Assembly: GCA_030390025.1 (NCBI GenBank)
Contig: CM059432.1
Location: forward strand, 53,322,001 to 53,386,000
Source: Squalus acanthias
Taxonomy: Eukaryota
Direction of reading: 5' to 3'
Length of the DNA: 64,000 nucleotides
Part shown: one piece after another, positions 11,701-24,824 of the stretch
Layout of the letters: every line of letters starts with the position of its first letter
How positions within the stretch are numbered: position 1 is the first letter of the stretch
The notes under the pieces: model-generated
What the model was told of the DNA's origin: nothing
The model's database searches: none
The model's input: only the letters and a program-made list of their open reading frames with translations
Position numbers and translations under genes: made by a program

Positions 11701-12343
11701 TGCAGGCCTTCTGCCACACTCCCTCTGTAGCTCCAGTGGGAGAGCGGTGAGTGGCCGCGGAAATAGCCTCCGACCTGGATGCATCAGGTCCCGGCTTGCG
11801 CAAGGGATAGAATCTTTTTCTTGCCCCCAAACATGGTCCCCCCCCCCCCATCAGCGAGGGCAGGGCTGTGGTTTAGGACTCCCAGGCTAGCAGGTCCCTT
11901 GACCTGGTGTTCAAGTGCAAGCTAGTACGTCCAGCCTGACAGAAGTGAGTCCATCTTGGGGAAATTTCCTGGAACCCTGAAGGTTTCAGCAAGCTTAGTA
12001 CTTTAAAGCAGAAAAAAGGGCGACTTGGAGTCAAATTGTAAGGTTTCTGGAGAGGGGGTCCCGACACCCCTGAGTTGAAGATTTAATCCAAGAGATTTTG
12101 TGGCCATTTCTTCTGTGTCCTTCCTCTAACCTGTCTTGTGGTTGCAGTGTTTTCAGATCCTCCTGCAGCAGCTCCATGTCCATGCCTCTCTGCAGGACAA
12201 AATTGTGTATCAGTCAGCAGACCATGATGTTGGGAGAGACTTTTGCAGGACTGCATTGCAGCATGACCACAGTACCCAAAGACACCTGAGGCATTACTTT
12301 AAGATTCCTATCATATGGTAATTTACAATTCTAATGGCTCAAT

Positions 12344-14190
12344 GGGCCCGATAATAACTATGGGTGCATTCGGGGCAAGGGATATCGGGAGGGCGGGAAA
12401 CCTGGAAGAAATTTCAACACACCGGTTTGTGGCAATTTAATGCAGCCACCTAATTATCATTTTAGTTCCTGGTTTGCCATTGAGTGCGTGACAGCGGGCA
12501 TGGTGCGGACCCGTATAACGCGATCTCAACTGGAGTATTTAAAGGGCCAATCCAACTATGGAATTTGGAGGAGTTAGGAGTCTGTACAAAGAGAGGAAGA
12601 TGTTTCATGCTGGATTCAGGACAGTCAAGGGCTGCGCCTCGATTTAACGATGCATATGCTGGGGAAAGTGGGGAGCCGCAGAGAGATACACTTCCCCAAC
12701 AAGGGGAGGAAGAAACCTGCTGCTGCAACAAAGAAACGTGGCTGGAAGTGGTGGAGTCAGCAGCAGGAGCATTGTGCCACGCTCCTATATTCAGTGCAGG
12801 AAGCGCTTTAATGACCTAACCGGGTGGCAACTCGCATTTTAACTTGCTTGTTGATGAATGGGAAGACATGAATTGAGGGGAACCATTGGGGGCGGGGGGG
12901 GTGGATGTGCAATGGGTAGATAGTTGCTTACAGGACTGCTTTGTGTCAGTGGGATTGGGGGTGGAGAGTGGTCGTTGGATGTGATTGTTACATCCTTCCA
13001 GTGGTGGTGACTAACTGAACCTTACAGCTATAGAGGAATCCCTGGCATCACAGGCATCAATGTGAGCAGCTGGTGCTGCTTTGGGATTTCCATCTTCATC
13101 CTCTTCCTTGTCCTCCTCCTCCTCTTCATTGGATTCGTCCGCAGATGATGTGTGTTCGGCGCCTTGTTTCTCCTGCAGCTCCAATCCTCGCTGCTATGCA
13201 ATGTTGTGCAGAGCGCAGCACAACCCGATCATTCTGGAGACCTTGGCTGGTGAGTACTGAAGAGCGCATCCAGGTCTGTCTAGGCACCTGAAGCGCATTT
13301 TGAGCATGCCGATTGCTTGCTCAATGAGACATCTAGTGGTCATATGGCTGTCGTTGTATCGCTCTTGGTGTTCATTGGTGGGGTTCCCCACGGGTGTCAT
13401 CAGCCAAGTTTGAAGGGATTTGCTTTGTCTCCTAGAAGCCACCCCTTAAGTCTTCTTGCAGTTCCAAAGAGGTGGGGGAGGTTGGACTGCCGCAGGATGA
13501 AAGCACCATGGCAGCTCCCCGGGAATCTGTTGCTCACCTATACAAACCTTTTATTGTGGTTGCACACCAGCTAAACACCGATCACATAGAATCTCTTGTA
13601 GTGGATGAATACTCCTGGTTGATCTGGGGGTGTGTGGTTTGACACGTGTGTGAAGCTGATGACGCCCTGCACCTGTGGGAAGCTGGCCAGAGACGCAAAC
13701 CCGAGCGCCCGCTCATTCTGACTAGTATCATCACAAGCGAAGTTGTCATAATTGCGAGCCCTGGCAAACAATCCATCAGTGACCTTCCTTATGCATTTGT
13801 GTGCAGCCGACTGGTAGATCCTGGCTATGTCTCCGGTAGTGCCCTGGAAAGATCCAGAAGCAAAAAATTTGAGGGTGGTGGTGACTTTCACAGCCACTGG
13901 TAACGCGTGGCCACCAGGTCCAGCAGGGAGCAAGTCTTCTAGGAGGTTGCAGATGTCTGCCACCACCTGATGTGAAAATTTGAGTCTCCAGAAGAACTGC
14001 TCTTCCGAAAGGTCAAAGAAGCTGAGCTTTTACCCCCTTATACGCAGGTAGTGCCTCCTGCGAGCTCGACCTCTCTGCTGTTCCCTTCTCCGCTGCTCCC
14101 CTCTCTGTTGCTCCCCACGCTGCTGACCACCTGCAGGTCTCTCCACAGCAGGAAGTTGCTGCTGCTGATGGCCCCAAAGTATGATCCACA
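12344..14190. mobile_element. Decayed Harbinger element: Myb exon on + (about 12620-12820), transposase on - (about 13080-14050)
   Basis: RAAPRFNDA...QCRKRFNDLT on +; [28 protein letters not shown] and WLMTP...[17 protein letters not shown]...CCALHN on -; frameshifted. Confidence 0.9.
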
Positions 14191-14480
14191 CAGGGATCTC
14201 GTAATCCCTGTGTTCAGAACTTGGGGTTTTCCGACCTTGAATTCAATTCAACGGAACTTAATGGAGCTCTCCTTGTTTGAACTGCTGTGACGTCAACAGG
14301 CTGTCTAAGCAGCCAATCAAATGACAGAATTATCACAGACAGCGAGCAAGGAAGTGGGTAAGCCCTTAAAATTCTAACTTTTTAAAATAGTTAGAGAGTA
14401 AAAGAAAGATTGGGGTTCTCACATGGGTAAAAGGCAAACCTAAAATAAAGCTGCACAAACTTAAATTAAAAAAAAAAAAT
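14190..14480. mobile_element. Internal fragment of MITE family D
   Basis: Colinear similarity to 18900-19200 (TGACGTCA, CCAATCAAA, GGTAAGC..TTAAAATTCTAACTTTT). Confidence 0.7.
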
Positions 14481-14538
14481 TATTGCGAGGGGTCAGGGCA
14501 AGCAACCAGATCACATGTTGAGGCTCTGGGGAGATATT

Positions 14539-15282
14539 GGGCCAAAAATTGATCCCGCTGCGCGAGAGTACGCACTGCGTACTCTCGCGTATTCTCTCTC
14601 CAATTGCCGGTTTTCTGCATGCACTGCGCATGCGCTGAAAACCGGCACTTGGTCTTTGGAAAAGGGGGCGGTTCCTCGGTGCACCGCGTGCGCGCTACAG
14701 GCTGCGCGCACGCTGTGCACTTAGTGCTTTGGACGCGCAGGTAAGGACGGAAGATTTTAGAAATGGAAAAAGGAGGAGTAAGACCCACTTTTAACAAGGT
14801 AAGTAGTGAATTAAGTATTTTTTTGAATTTTTTTTAACAGGTATATCTTTTTTAGAGACTTTAAAGACAGGTAAGTTTATTTTTATAACTTTTTAAAAGA
14901 TTTTAAATTTTTTCAAAAATTTAATTTTTTATTTAAAATGGTTAATTTATTTAACTATACTTATTTTATTAATGTGATGGTTTTTTAAAAAAATTTAATT
15001 GAGGTTTAGCTGTTATTTTGGGGGGGTGTAAGATTCATAGATTTCACAGCACGTATGTGAAACTTATGAATGGAAGATGGTGTGCTGCCATTGGCTCTAA
15101 CTGAGTCACGTGATCCCACAGCTCGCACGAATTCACTACGCCGGTGGGATACGCAAGCACTGCCCAGCTGATGTCTGGAACATCAAGTTCGTGCGAGCTG
15201 GATCTGAAAAAGCCAACGCGGAGTGAGAGATCGCGCCTGCTCCTTACCCCCGCGGGAACAGAGCGAGATCAATTTCTGGGCC
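14539..15282. mobile_element. Harbinger-type MITE, family A copy 2 (inverted)
   Basis: TIRs GGGCCAAAAATTGATC / GATCAATTTCTGGGCC with TSD ATT. Confidence 0.85.
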
Positions 15283-15294
15283 ATTAACTCCCAG

Positions 15295-15690
15295 GCCTAA
15301 TTTCCATACCCAGGCACCAACTCCCACTGGAAGGAGGCCACCGCCGGGGATCTGTGGCAACTGTCACTGGTAGTTAGGTAAGTGGTGAGGGGGGAGTCAG
15401 GGAGGAGGGGGAATCATGATCAGGGGATGGAAGTGGAAGCCCAGGACAAAGAAAGCCCAAGGTTTCCTTGTAGGGCCCAGAAGTGCACTCCTGCTCCTCC
15501 TGGCTCACAAGAAAACCTACATTTAATTTTTTTTTTACCTGCCTGGCCTCTTCTGGTCCGCAATCCAGCTTCCGGCAGATTTGGGCTGATGGGGAACAAG
15601 TCTCTGCTTCCTCGTTCCGGCCTCCAGTTGAAATAGCAGAATGAGTCCTGATGGCATTCCAAGGGTAGGAAGTCGGCAGGATGCTCTGAC
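15295..15690. mobile_element. Family B Harbinger-like fragment
   Basis: CCCAAGGTTTC...CACTCCTGCTCCTCCTGGCTCACAAG matches 5081-5120. Confidence 0.6.
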
Positions 15691-15696
15691 TGGCCT

Positions 15697-17245
15697 TACA
15701 AAGGCTACGGGCCCCGACAACATCCCGTGCTGAAGACTTGTGCTCCAGAACTAGCCGCGCCTCCAGCCAAGCTGTTCCAGTACAGCTACAACACTGGCAT
15801 CTATCTGACAATATGGAAAACTGCCCAGGTATGTCCTGTCCACAAAAAGCAGGACAAATCCAATCTGGCCTATTACCGCCCCATCAGTTTACTCTCAATC
15901 ATCAGCAAAGTGATGGAAGGTGTCGTCGACAGTGCTATCAAGTGACACTTATTTACCAATAACCTGCTCACTGATTCCCAGTTTGAGTTCCGCCAGGGCC
16001 ACTCGGCTCCAGACCTTATTACAGCCTTGGTCCAAACATGGACAAAACAGCTGAATTCCAGAGGTGAGGTGAGAGTGACTGCCCTTAACATCAAGGCAGC
16101 ATTTGACCAAGTGTGGCATCAAGGAGCCCTAGTAAAATTGAAGTCAATGGGAATCAGGAGGAAAACTCTCCACTGGCTGGAATTACACTTAGCATAAAGG
16201 AAGATGGTTGTGGTTGTTGGAGGTCAATCATCTCAGCTTCAGGACATCGGTGCAGCAGTTCCTCAGGGCAGTGTTATAGGCCACACCATCTTCAGCTGCT
16301 TCATCAATGACCTTCTCTCCATCATAAGGTCAGAAGTGGGGATGTTCGCTGATGATTGCACAGTGTTCAGTTCCATTCGCAACTCCTCAGATCATAAAGC
16401 AGTCCATGCCTGCATGCAGGAAGACCTGGACGACATTCAGGCTTGGGCTGATAAGTGGCAAGTAACATTTGCGCCATACAAGTGCCAGGCAATGACTATC
16501 TTCAACAAGCGAGATTCTAACCTTGACATTAAATGGCATTACCATCACCGAATACCCCACCATCAACATCCTGGAGGTCACCATTGACCAGAAACTTAAC
16601 TGGACCAGCCGCATAAATACTGTGGCATCAAGAGCAGGTCAGAGGATGGGTATTCTGCGGCAAGTGTCTCACCTCCTGACTCCCCAAAGCCTTTCCACCA
16701 TCTACAAGGCACAAGTCAGGAGTGTGATGGAATACTCTCCACTTGCCTCGATGAGTGCAGCTCAAGAAGCTCGACACCATCCAGGACAAAGCAGCCCACT
16801 TGATTGGCACCCCATGCACTAGCTTAATCATTCATTCCCTCCACCACCGGCGTACCGTGGCTGCAGTGTGTACCATCTACAAGATGCACTGCAGGAACTT
16901 GCCAAGTCTTCTTTGACAGCACCTTCCCAAACCCACGACCTCTTCCACCTAGAAGGGCAAGGGCAGCAGGCGCATAGGAACACCATCAACTGCAAGTTCC
17001 CCTCCAAGTCACACACCAAGTCACACACCATCCTGACTTGGAAATATATCGCCATTCCTTCATCGTCGCTGGGTCAAAATCCTGGAACTCCCTCCCTAAC
17101 AGCACTGTGGGAGTATCTTCACCACACGGACTGCAGCGGTTCAAGAAGGCGGCTGACCACCACCTTCTCAAGGGCAATTAGGGATGGGCAATAAATGCTG
17201 GCCTTGCCAGTGTCGCCCACCTCCCATGAAGAAATAAAAAATAAA
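15697..17245 (+). mobile_element. CR1-group LINE, 5'-truncated, decayed RT
   Basis: YRPISLLSIISKVMEG, VPQGSVIG, MFADD; 3' tail GGGCAATTAGGGATGGGCAATAAATGCTGGCC with an A-rich end. Confidence 0.95.
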
Positions 17246-17357
17246 TGAATTAAAAAAATAAAACAATTTAAAACTTACCTTTTAGGGCCTCGTCTGGTCT
17301 CTTCAATCCACTTCCTCACTGGGTTGGCCTGGCAAGAATCTCACTGCTGCTTCCTGT

Positions 17358-17734
17358 TGGGGTTGCCAACCCTACAAGATTGTCCTGGGGTCTCCAGGAA
17401 TTAAAAATGAATCTCCAGAACACTGCTGCAACCAAACTGGGAGAAAAATCATAGCGGCGTTAAAAAAATTGTGTTTTTTTCATTTTCCTTGAACATTCTC
17501 GTTTATTAGTTAGAACAATATTAGAGATGGGGGAAAGGGCTCTTTTACTGACAGTCAAGAATCATCCAATTGAGTAACTCTGTTAACTCTTCAATTGGCA
17601 TGGGAAGGCGGAGCACTGCAAGGATGGACCTTGTCGGGCGACCAATGGTGGGAGCATTGGGGCGGGTCAGTTGGAGGTGGGAGGTCATGTGATGAAATCT
17701 CCAGGAATACATCCAAGCAGAATTGGTAACCCTG
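17358..17734. mobile_element. hAT-type MITE nested in a family B fragment (17270-17822)
   Basis: TIRs TGGGGTTGCCAA / TTGGTAACCCTG with 8-bp TSD CTTCCTGT / CCTCCTGT. Confidence 0.8.
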
Positions 17735-18823
17735 CCTCCTGTTCAGGCCATCTAGTCAAAATGGTAGTCTGGACCCAATGACGTTGGGCTTCCGTCAGAC
17801 AGATAGGGTTAAAATCACCTTCAACCTAATTAATGAGGTTTAAAACCCAAAAGTTAGCCTCTTGGCCTTTGCACACTAGTCTAGCATTTTTTTTTCTGGT
17901 AGAAATTGATAGGAAAAAACAGCTTAAGGAAATTTAAAAGCCTTTTAGGAAGGGTGTTGAAACATCAAAGTGCCATTTTTTCTCATGCAAGCTTACAAAT
18001 ATAATTAATACAATTTAAAGTTAAGACTTAATTCTTGAGTGAAGAGAAAAGGTCTGGAAAGAAAAAGCTTTTAGTAAATATTTAAAATGTTATACTGGAC
18101 TAGAAATCACAATCCCAAATATGTTTTACCCTACGGATAATGAAATGACATAAGTCAATAATATGGAGTCAATATAGGAGGTGGACAGCTGCAGATTTCA
18201 GTGGAATTCTGCAGAAACACAGAGAGACTTTGAAATGCATGCATGTTATAAAATATAACTTCTACATTGTAGATTATATGTTGGTCAAACATCAATCAGA
18301 AATGATATTCTTATTTACATAGGAACAGGAGTAGGCCATTCAACCCCTCGAGCCTGTTAGAGTTTTAAATATTCCTGCCCAATCATCAGCCACATTCATA
18401 ATCCTGCAGTAATTAATTGCAAGTTTTTTGTAAATGAAGCATGTACAGATTCCACAATGGTTTCCTGACAACCGTCAAGCATAACATAGACTTTGTAATT
18501 CTTCCACAAACATAACCATAACTAGTTGGTATCCCCAGCAATCTCCTTCCAATTATAATTAATTGTTTATAAAGTTCATGCTGAACAAAGCATTCATAAA
18601 GTTCACAATGGCATATTGATATTCCATAGAGCTGATGGCATCAGACACTGGAGACTCCATGATGAATCTTACCACAGTGATTATGGATCAGGAAGAGACA
18701 CAGTTGCACAGTATTGTTGTTTCAACTTGTTCTAGTTACTGTCAGTAATTAAAGCAGGTAATTATCAAAAGAAACTGCGTGGGTGACATCTTTCAATGTA
18801 TAACACTGGCAATTTGAATTATT

Positions 18824-20193
18824 GACCCGGAATTTGTGGTCAGTGGTGAAACGAAGGCATTCGCCGCTGGCCCTGATGTAAGCTTCACACAAAGATCTCG
18901 CGATCACTGTGTCGAGAAGTTCAGGTTTTCTGATGTTCAATTCAAATCAATGGAGTATAGTGGGAATCCCCGAATGCGAGCTGCTGTGACGTCAGCAAGC
19001 TGTCTAAGCAACCAATCAAAACGCAGAATTCTCACAGACAGCAAACAAGGGTAAGCTCTTAAAATTCTAACTTTTAAAAAATGTTAGAGAGAGCTGAACA
19101 AAGATTGGGGCTCTCACATGGGGAAAAGGCAAACCTGAAATAAAGTTGACCACCTTAAAAAAAAAATTAATTCTTTTTAAAGCTTCTTAAAAATTTAATT
19201 TTTTTATTAAAATGGATCAATTTCACACTGCACAAAATTTAAATTAATTTTTCAGGCGCATAACCTTTATTTAGCAGTCAATGCGTTGTTAAAACCCCAG
19301 TTACACCTAGTCCCTTTGGGTCTAACTTTTAGTGGGGAATTAAACAGAGTAATTACTGCGGAAGAGCTACAGTTTTCATCAGTTTCCCTGATTTGCCTGA
19401 TTACACTGATTGCCGGCTCTGTGTGGGGACACAGCGCAGCCAATGTCGGAGCTGTGAATGACAGACCGCAACTTCAGGATTTCCACATGCGCCTGCACAT
19501 GCTCCAAATCCCGAAGGTGTGGTCAGTTTCAAAGGTGGAATGATGGCAAACGCTGCCAGTTCGCCATCATCCTCAGATAATGAAGCAGTCCATGCCCGCA
19601 TGCAACAAGACCTGGACGACGTTCAGGCTTGGGCTGATAAGTGGCATGTAACATTCGCGCCACAGAAGTGCCAGGCAATGACTATCTCCAACAAGCGAGA
19701 GTCTAACCACCTCCCCTTGACATTCAACGGCATTACCATCGCCGAATCCCCCACCATCAACATCCCAGGGGTCACCATTGACCAGAAACTTAACTGGACC
19801 AGCCACATAAATACTGTGGCAACAAGAGCAGGTCAGAGGCTAGGTATTCTTCGGCAGCACCTCCCAAACCCGCGACCTCTGCCCCTAGAAGGACAAGGGC
19901 AGCAGGCGCATGGGAACACCAGCACCTTCAAGTTCCCCTCCAAGTCACACACCATCCTGACTTGGAAATATATCGCCGTTCCTTCATCGTCGCTGGGTCA
20001 AAATCCTGGAACTCCCTCCCTAACAGCACTGTGGGAGTACCTTCAACACATGGATTGCAGCGGTTCAAGAAGGCGGCTCACCACCACCTTCTCAAGGGCA
20101 ATTAGGGATTGGCAATAAATGCTGGCCTTGCCAGCGATGCCCAGATCCCACAAGCGAATAAAAAAAAAAAATCCGGACAACAAATTGCAGGCC
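18824..20193. mobile_element. Harbinger-type MITE family D, interrupted by a LINE
   Basis: Ends GACCCGGAATTTG / CAAATTGCAGGCC with TSD ATT on both sides. Confidence 0.7.
19571..20171 (+). mobile_element. CR1-group LINE 3' fragment with an internal deletion and poly(A)
   Basis: Matches 27075-27940 except for a block missing at about 19850. Confidence 0.9.
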
Positions 20194-20279
20194 ATTAAGT
20201 ACCGCGTAGCAGTAAATGAGAACCTACAGTAAAGGCACAATGGAAAATTTACCTCCAAATATCAGAGGGGGAGAAAAAG

Positions 20280-20655
20280 GTTCTAACCCATCAGAGGGAA
20301 ATAGAACTTTCTTCCTGTTCCTCACTTTCTCCATGAGCACCTCCATGGCTGCATCAAGAATCAAAGGACTGAACGTCATGCTCCTTGCTGCCTCCGTAAC
20401 GCGCTCTTCAGTGACCAACTTTGAAAAGGGCAACTCCCCTTTTGGGGCTGCAGTCTGACTTTAAGTGGCAGTAGACCCGTTGGATTTCCTGTCCTTCTAA
20501 ATGGCCAGCTGCCTATAAGCAGCATGATTAGCATTGGCAGTTTGTAGTATTTAAGTGAGGCCCAAAAACAAAAATTGATCAGGCCTCCAATCGACATCCT
20601 GGGGCGGGTGTAGTGGACTTCCGGCCCGATGTGCGCCATATATGAAAATGCCCCC
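20280..20655 (-). mobile_element. Harbinger end carrying the start of the Myb gene
   Basis: DAAMEVLMEKVRNRKKVLFPSDG on -; TIR-like GAAAATGCCCCC. Confidence 0.6.
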
Positions 20656-21361
20656 CTCCCCCCCCTCCCACTGTGGTCTTTGTCTTATGAAAGATCTGCT
20701 GTCAACAAGGTAATAACTTTCTGATCTTTCTCTCTTTCTTTCTAAATATGGTTAATGTTCTTAATATTACCTAAAAACTAATAGTCAGCCTCGTAACAGA
20801 AAGCGTTTTACTACTGAAAAGCTTCTATATTGTGATTGCTATTTTATGCTGATAGTCTGATAAAGCTACCCTGTTCATATTGTTTATATTGTCTTAGAGG
20901 AATGGGTCTCTGTCTTCATGAAGGGAGGTGGTACAAACCTGTTTTTCATTTGAGAAGGAGAAGAGCCAGATAAGCAGTACATCATGTTCAGCATCTGGAA
21001 GTGACTCAGTGGTAAATTTTGACATGATTTATGTCATCACGCTGTGTTTTAATCAAAAGAAGAAAGGTTTGCCAAATACATATTCATGAAGCCAGTACTC
21101 TTTTGAAATTGATTTCAGTTGAAAGATGTCTGCATATTCTTCTAATGTGCCCTTTTAAGTAACTGCAGAGTATATTTGCTCTGGGTATTCATGTGAACAT
21201 AAAAGTAGATCTGACAAAAAGTTGAGCAAAAGCAGTAATGAAGTATTCTTCCATTCTTACTGCTCGTCTCATTTTTGCTCACAGGTTAAAACGGATGTAT
21301 GGAGAGTAACAACAAAAGTATCAAGGGTTTGCTAATGACATGAAAGCTTTGTTAAGCTGGG

Positions 21362-21500
21362 CACAAATTGGCTGCCGCTTTTCCTACATTACAACAGTGA
21401 CTACACTTCACAAAGTACTTCATTTGCTGTAAAGTGCTTTGGGACGTCTGGTGATCATGAAAGGTGCTATATAAATGCAAATCTTTCTTTCTGTCTTTCT
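21362..21500 (+). mobile_element. SacSINE1/Deu-SINE-like 3' fragment
   Basis: Reverse complement of 23431-23552. Confidence 0.85.
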
Positions 21501-21789
21501 TTTATGTTAAGAAGCATGTTCAATTTTACTCAGAGTAGAGGTAAAAGTAAATTGTGCCTGAAGTCTAATTCAAAAAAAAAAGATGCTAGTCGTATGATAG
21601 AAGAACAAGATTTGGATATGTCAGCATAGCATTGTCAGGAGTGAATTGACACAAAGCTTTTCAGCACCACAGCATGGAATGTGTCCAACCATTCAGCAGG
21701 AGTTGCAAGAGGCTTCAGAGAGGTGAGCTAATAGAGATAGATAAGATTGTAAATGGTATCCAGTATACTATTTTAAATTAAATTGTGGG

Positions 21790-22030
21790 GGTAGGACAAA
21801 GGGACAGGTTTAAACTAGTAAGAAGATACCTTTAGGACTGATATCAGGAGATTTTACTTCACGCAGAGAGTGATCAACACTTGGAATGGAATTCCTGGTA
21901 GAGTGGTTGAGGTGAAAACCCTGGAATAATTTAAAATTAGATGCGGCAATGAGGAGAGTGTAGAGTTGTTCTGGATGGATGAATTAAAATGGGCCGAATG
22001 GCCTTCCTCATTCTTAAGTATCTTTTGACC
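21790..22030 (+). mobile_element. Old CR1 3' fragment
   Basis: FRTDIRRFYFTQRVINTWNG and a GGGCCGAATGGCCT tail. Confidence 0.75.
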
Positions 22031-22039
22031 TTATCTTGT

Positions 22040-22290
22040 GATCAGATGGACATGGAGTGCAGAAGGCACAAGTGGAGCACAGAACAAACTACCCCAGGAA
22101 ACTGACCATCACACCAGAGACACCTACCTGTGCATGACGAAGCTCAGATTCAGCAGGGACACTGTGACTGTGGTGTGCCACTTGGTCCAAAGTGGCTTGA
22201 GAGAAAGTCAGACTTCCATAAAGTCCTACTGGTGGCACTGTAGGCCATCACTGTCCTCAACTTTTATGCCTTAAGTTGCTATGCCAATCC
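22040..22290 (+). pseudogene. Harbinger transposase N-terminal remnant
   Basis: YLCMTKLRFSRDTVTVVCHLV...LNFYA-like sequence. Confidence 0.5.
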
Positions 22291-22751
22291 CAGCCTGTAG
22301 CACAATTTCTTGGAGCTCAGTTTCTGCAGAAGAGCACTTAGGTTGGTTTGAAGTCATGTGCCACACACCTTCAGCTATCATTTGCAATGTATTTGCCCCA
22401 AGACGCGTTCTGTAAGCCTAGCAGGGAGGCCAGCACTACGCAAAGTTTTCCATGGCGACAGGAAAATTTAGAGTTTTTATTAAATGTTGATATGTGTGTG
22501 ATTTTCTTTTATAAAAAGATGCAGTAATACACCCCAGACTTGAAGAAGTGTGTCAACCCCAGTATATCAGAATTGTCCTGATTAGCCATTACCACGACCA
22601 AATTTTATTTTTATAAATTTAACGGCAGAAAAATGTTCGTCAGATGTCACTTTCATTTGGAAGGTATTTAAACATCCAAATAACTATGAAAGAAAACTTT
22701 TCTCTCAAACAATCAAGTATCTGCTTAGATTTTGAGCAAATAATAACTTAC

Positions 22752-22837
22752 CCATTTGAAGTAATATTAATATTTTACTTGGTTTTCTCACTGATGTTTC
22801 TGTCTGATGACTAATCATTTCTAGTTCTAATAGGACC
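22752..22837 (-). CDS. Candidate host-gene exon D (phase 2 to 1)
   Basis: CCTTTCTTAG acceptor and G|GTAAGT donor; the only open frame reads VLLELEMISHQTETSVRKPSKILILLQM. Confidence 0.35.
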
Positions 22838-23430
22838 CTAAGAAAGGATAGCACAGCAAAGATATTGCCTTTTGTGAGCTTGCTGTTTGATATGATTGAT
22901 TTGTGCCATTTCACTGCTTTCAGCATGTTGACTATGAAGATATCATAAATTATATTCCCCCCACCACCACCAAATTGTAACATATGCAATTATGCGCATA
23001 GAGTTTGGTCTCATAAAACCTTATGACTTTCTCAGTGATTCCAATAAGTAACTACAGCGCTCCTCACTGAAGAGAAATAGCTTCTAATATATTCAGGGTG
23101 TTCAAAGCAGCCCATTATTTTGTGGGGCACTGTGTAATTTTGTGTTAACACCAACAGAAGAAAAGAAGCAGGGCACAAAGAGGAATTCAAAACATTTCAA
23201 TTTACTCATCAATCTCAGGGATTCCGGACCAAGAGCAATATTCAGGCTAATCCGGGCTGAGGGTGGGGGATAACTGCATCCAGATGGAGGAGGGGAAGGG
23301 GAGGGGGGAACAGGGAGGGGAAAGGAGGTGGATAGGATGGAAAAGGAGAGGAGTGGAAGTTGGGAGATGGAGGAGGAGGAAAGTAAAAAGAGCGAGGGGA
23401 ATGAGAAAGAGGTCAGAAGGAGAACGGGAT

Positions 23431-23870
23431 GAAAGACTTGCATCTATATAGCACCTTTCACGACCTCAGGACGTTCCAAAGTGCTTTACAGCCAATGAAG
23501 TACTTTTAAGTGTAGTCACGGTTGTAATGTAGGAAACGCAGCAGCCAATTTGCACACAGCAAGGTCCCACAAACAGCAATGTGATAATGAGCAGACAATC
23601 TCTTTTTGTAATGTTGATTGAGGGATAAATATTAGAGAGGATACTGGGGATAACTCCCCTGCTTTTCTTCGAAATAGTGCCATAGCATTTTTACATCCAT
23701 CTGAGATGGGGCCTTAGTTTTAACGTCTCATCTGAATGATGGCACCTCCAACAGTGCAGCACTGAAGTGCCAGCCTTGATTTTTGTGCTCATGTCTCTGG
23801 ACTGAGGACTTGAACCCACAACCTTCCGACTCAGAGGCGAGAGTGCTACCAACTGAGCCACAGCTGACAC
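23431..23870 (-). mobile_element. Near full-length SacSINE1/Deu-SINE-like SINE
   Basis: tRNA-like head (TGGCTCAGTTGG A box, GGTTCAAGTCC B box), central domain, and an L2-type tail AAAGGTGCTATATAGATGCAAGTC. Confidence 0.9.
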
Positions 23871-24279
23871 TTGGAGAAAGTGGGATTGGTAAGAGGAGAA
23901 TGGAGATCAGCAAAGGCAGGGAAACTACCTCAGGTAGGGGAGAGACCAGCAAACTCTCTCAGCTTGGTTGGGTGTGAGGAGGTGGGGCTCGGTTGACTGC
24001 CCTTACCTCCAGTAGGCCCTGATTCAAGTGGGAGGAGGATTAGCTGCCCTTTCTGTCCATCTGCATTTTTTCTTAATTGAGGGTGGTAAACTGCTTTTCA
24101 TTGTTCCATCCGTGCCTTGGCTTTTTGAGAGGTGGTGTGGTAGGGGACTGGTGTCACGAGGTCCTTCCCTTTCCCTCAGTCCTATAGCCTCTCATAGTAG
24201 GTAGTGGGGGTTGTGCTGAGTTACTCTTCCCTGCTCCAGCCCTGGGTTCTATTCTCAGGGTTGGAAGTGAAGAGCTGTT

Positions 24280-24824
24280 TGTAATATATGTGGGCAGAAC
24301 AAATGAAGGACAGAGACATGATCAGCTGCTAGTTCATGTGCTTGCTTTACTAGGCCAGAGCAAACTGAACATGCTCATACTCAACCATGTGACCAACCAT
24401 GTGATAATACATCACAGTGCTCTCCCCCTTAAAAAAAAATGTATGTATTCCCCTCTCAAATACAACAAAACTATGGTCCCACCTTTCCCAGCATTACATG
24501 TACCACGTAACAAAAACTCCTGGCTTTTTTCTTTTAAATGAGCTACAAATCCAGTTTAATAACAGGTTTGCGGAGCCTTGCTGATCTCCTTAAAGAAGGT
24601 TTTGGTGTTGAACCAATTTTCGTGTTGTTTTGCTTTGGTTCCGAACTCAAAGATGATCCTGTTTCTATCCCATCCTTGTCGCCAAAATGTAATATATGTG
24701 GGTAGAACAAATGAAGGACAGAGACACGATGAGCTGCTAGTTCATGTGCTTGCTTTACTAGGCCAGAGTGAACTGAGCATGCTCGTACTAAACCATGTGA
24801 CCAACCATGTGATAATGCATTACA
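24280..24824 (-). mobile_element. Miniature LTR retroelement (TRIM-like Gypsy derivative)
   Basis: 137-bp LTRs at 24280-24416 and 24688-24824 (TGT...ACA), 5-bp TSD CTGTT, PBS-like TGGCGACAAGGATGGGAT and PPT AAGGGGGAGAG on the minus strand. Confidence 0.92.
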
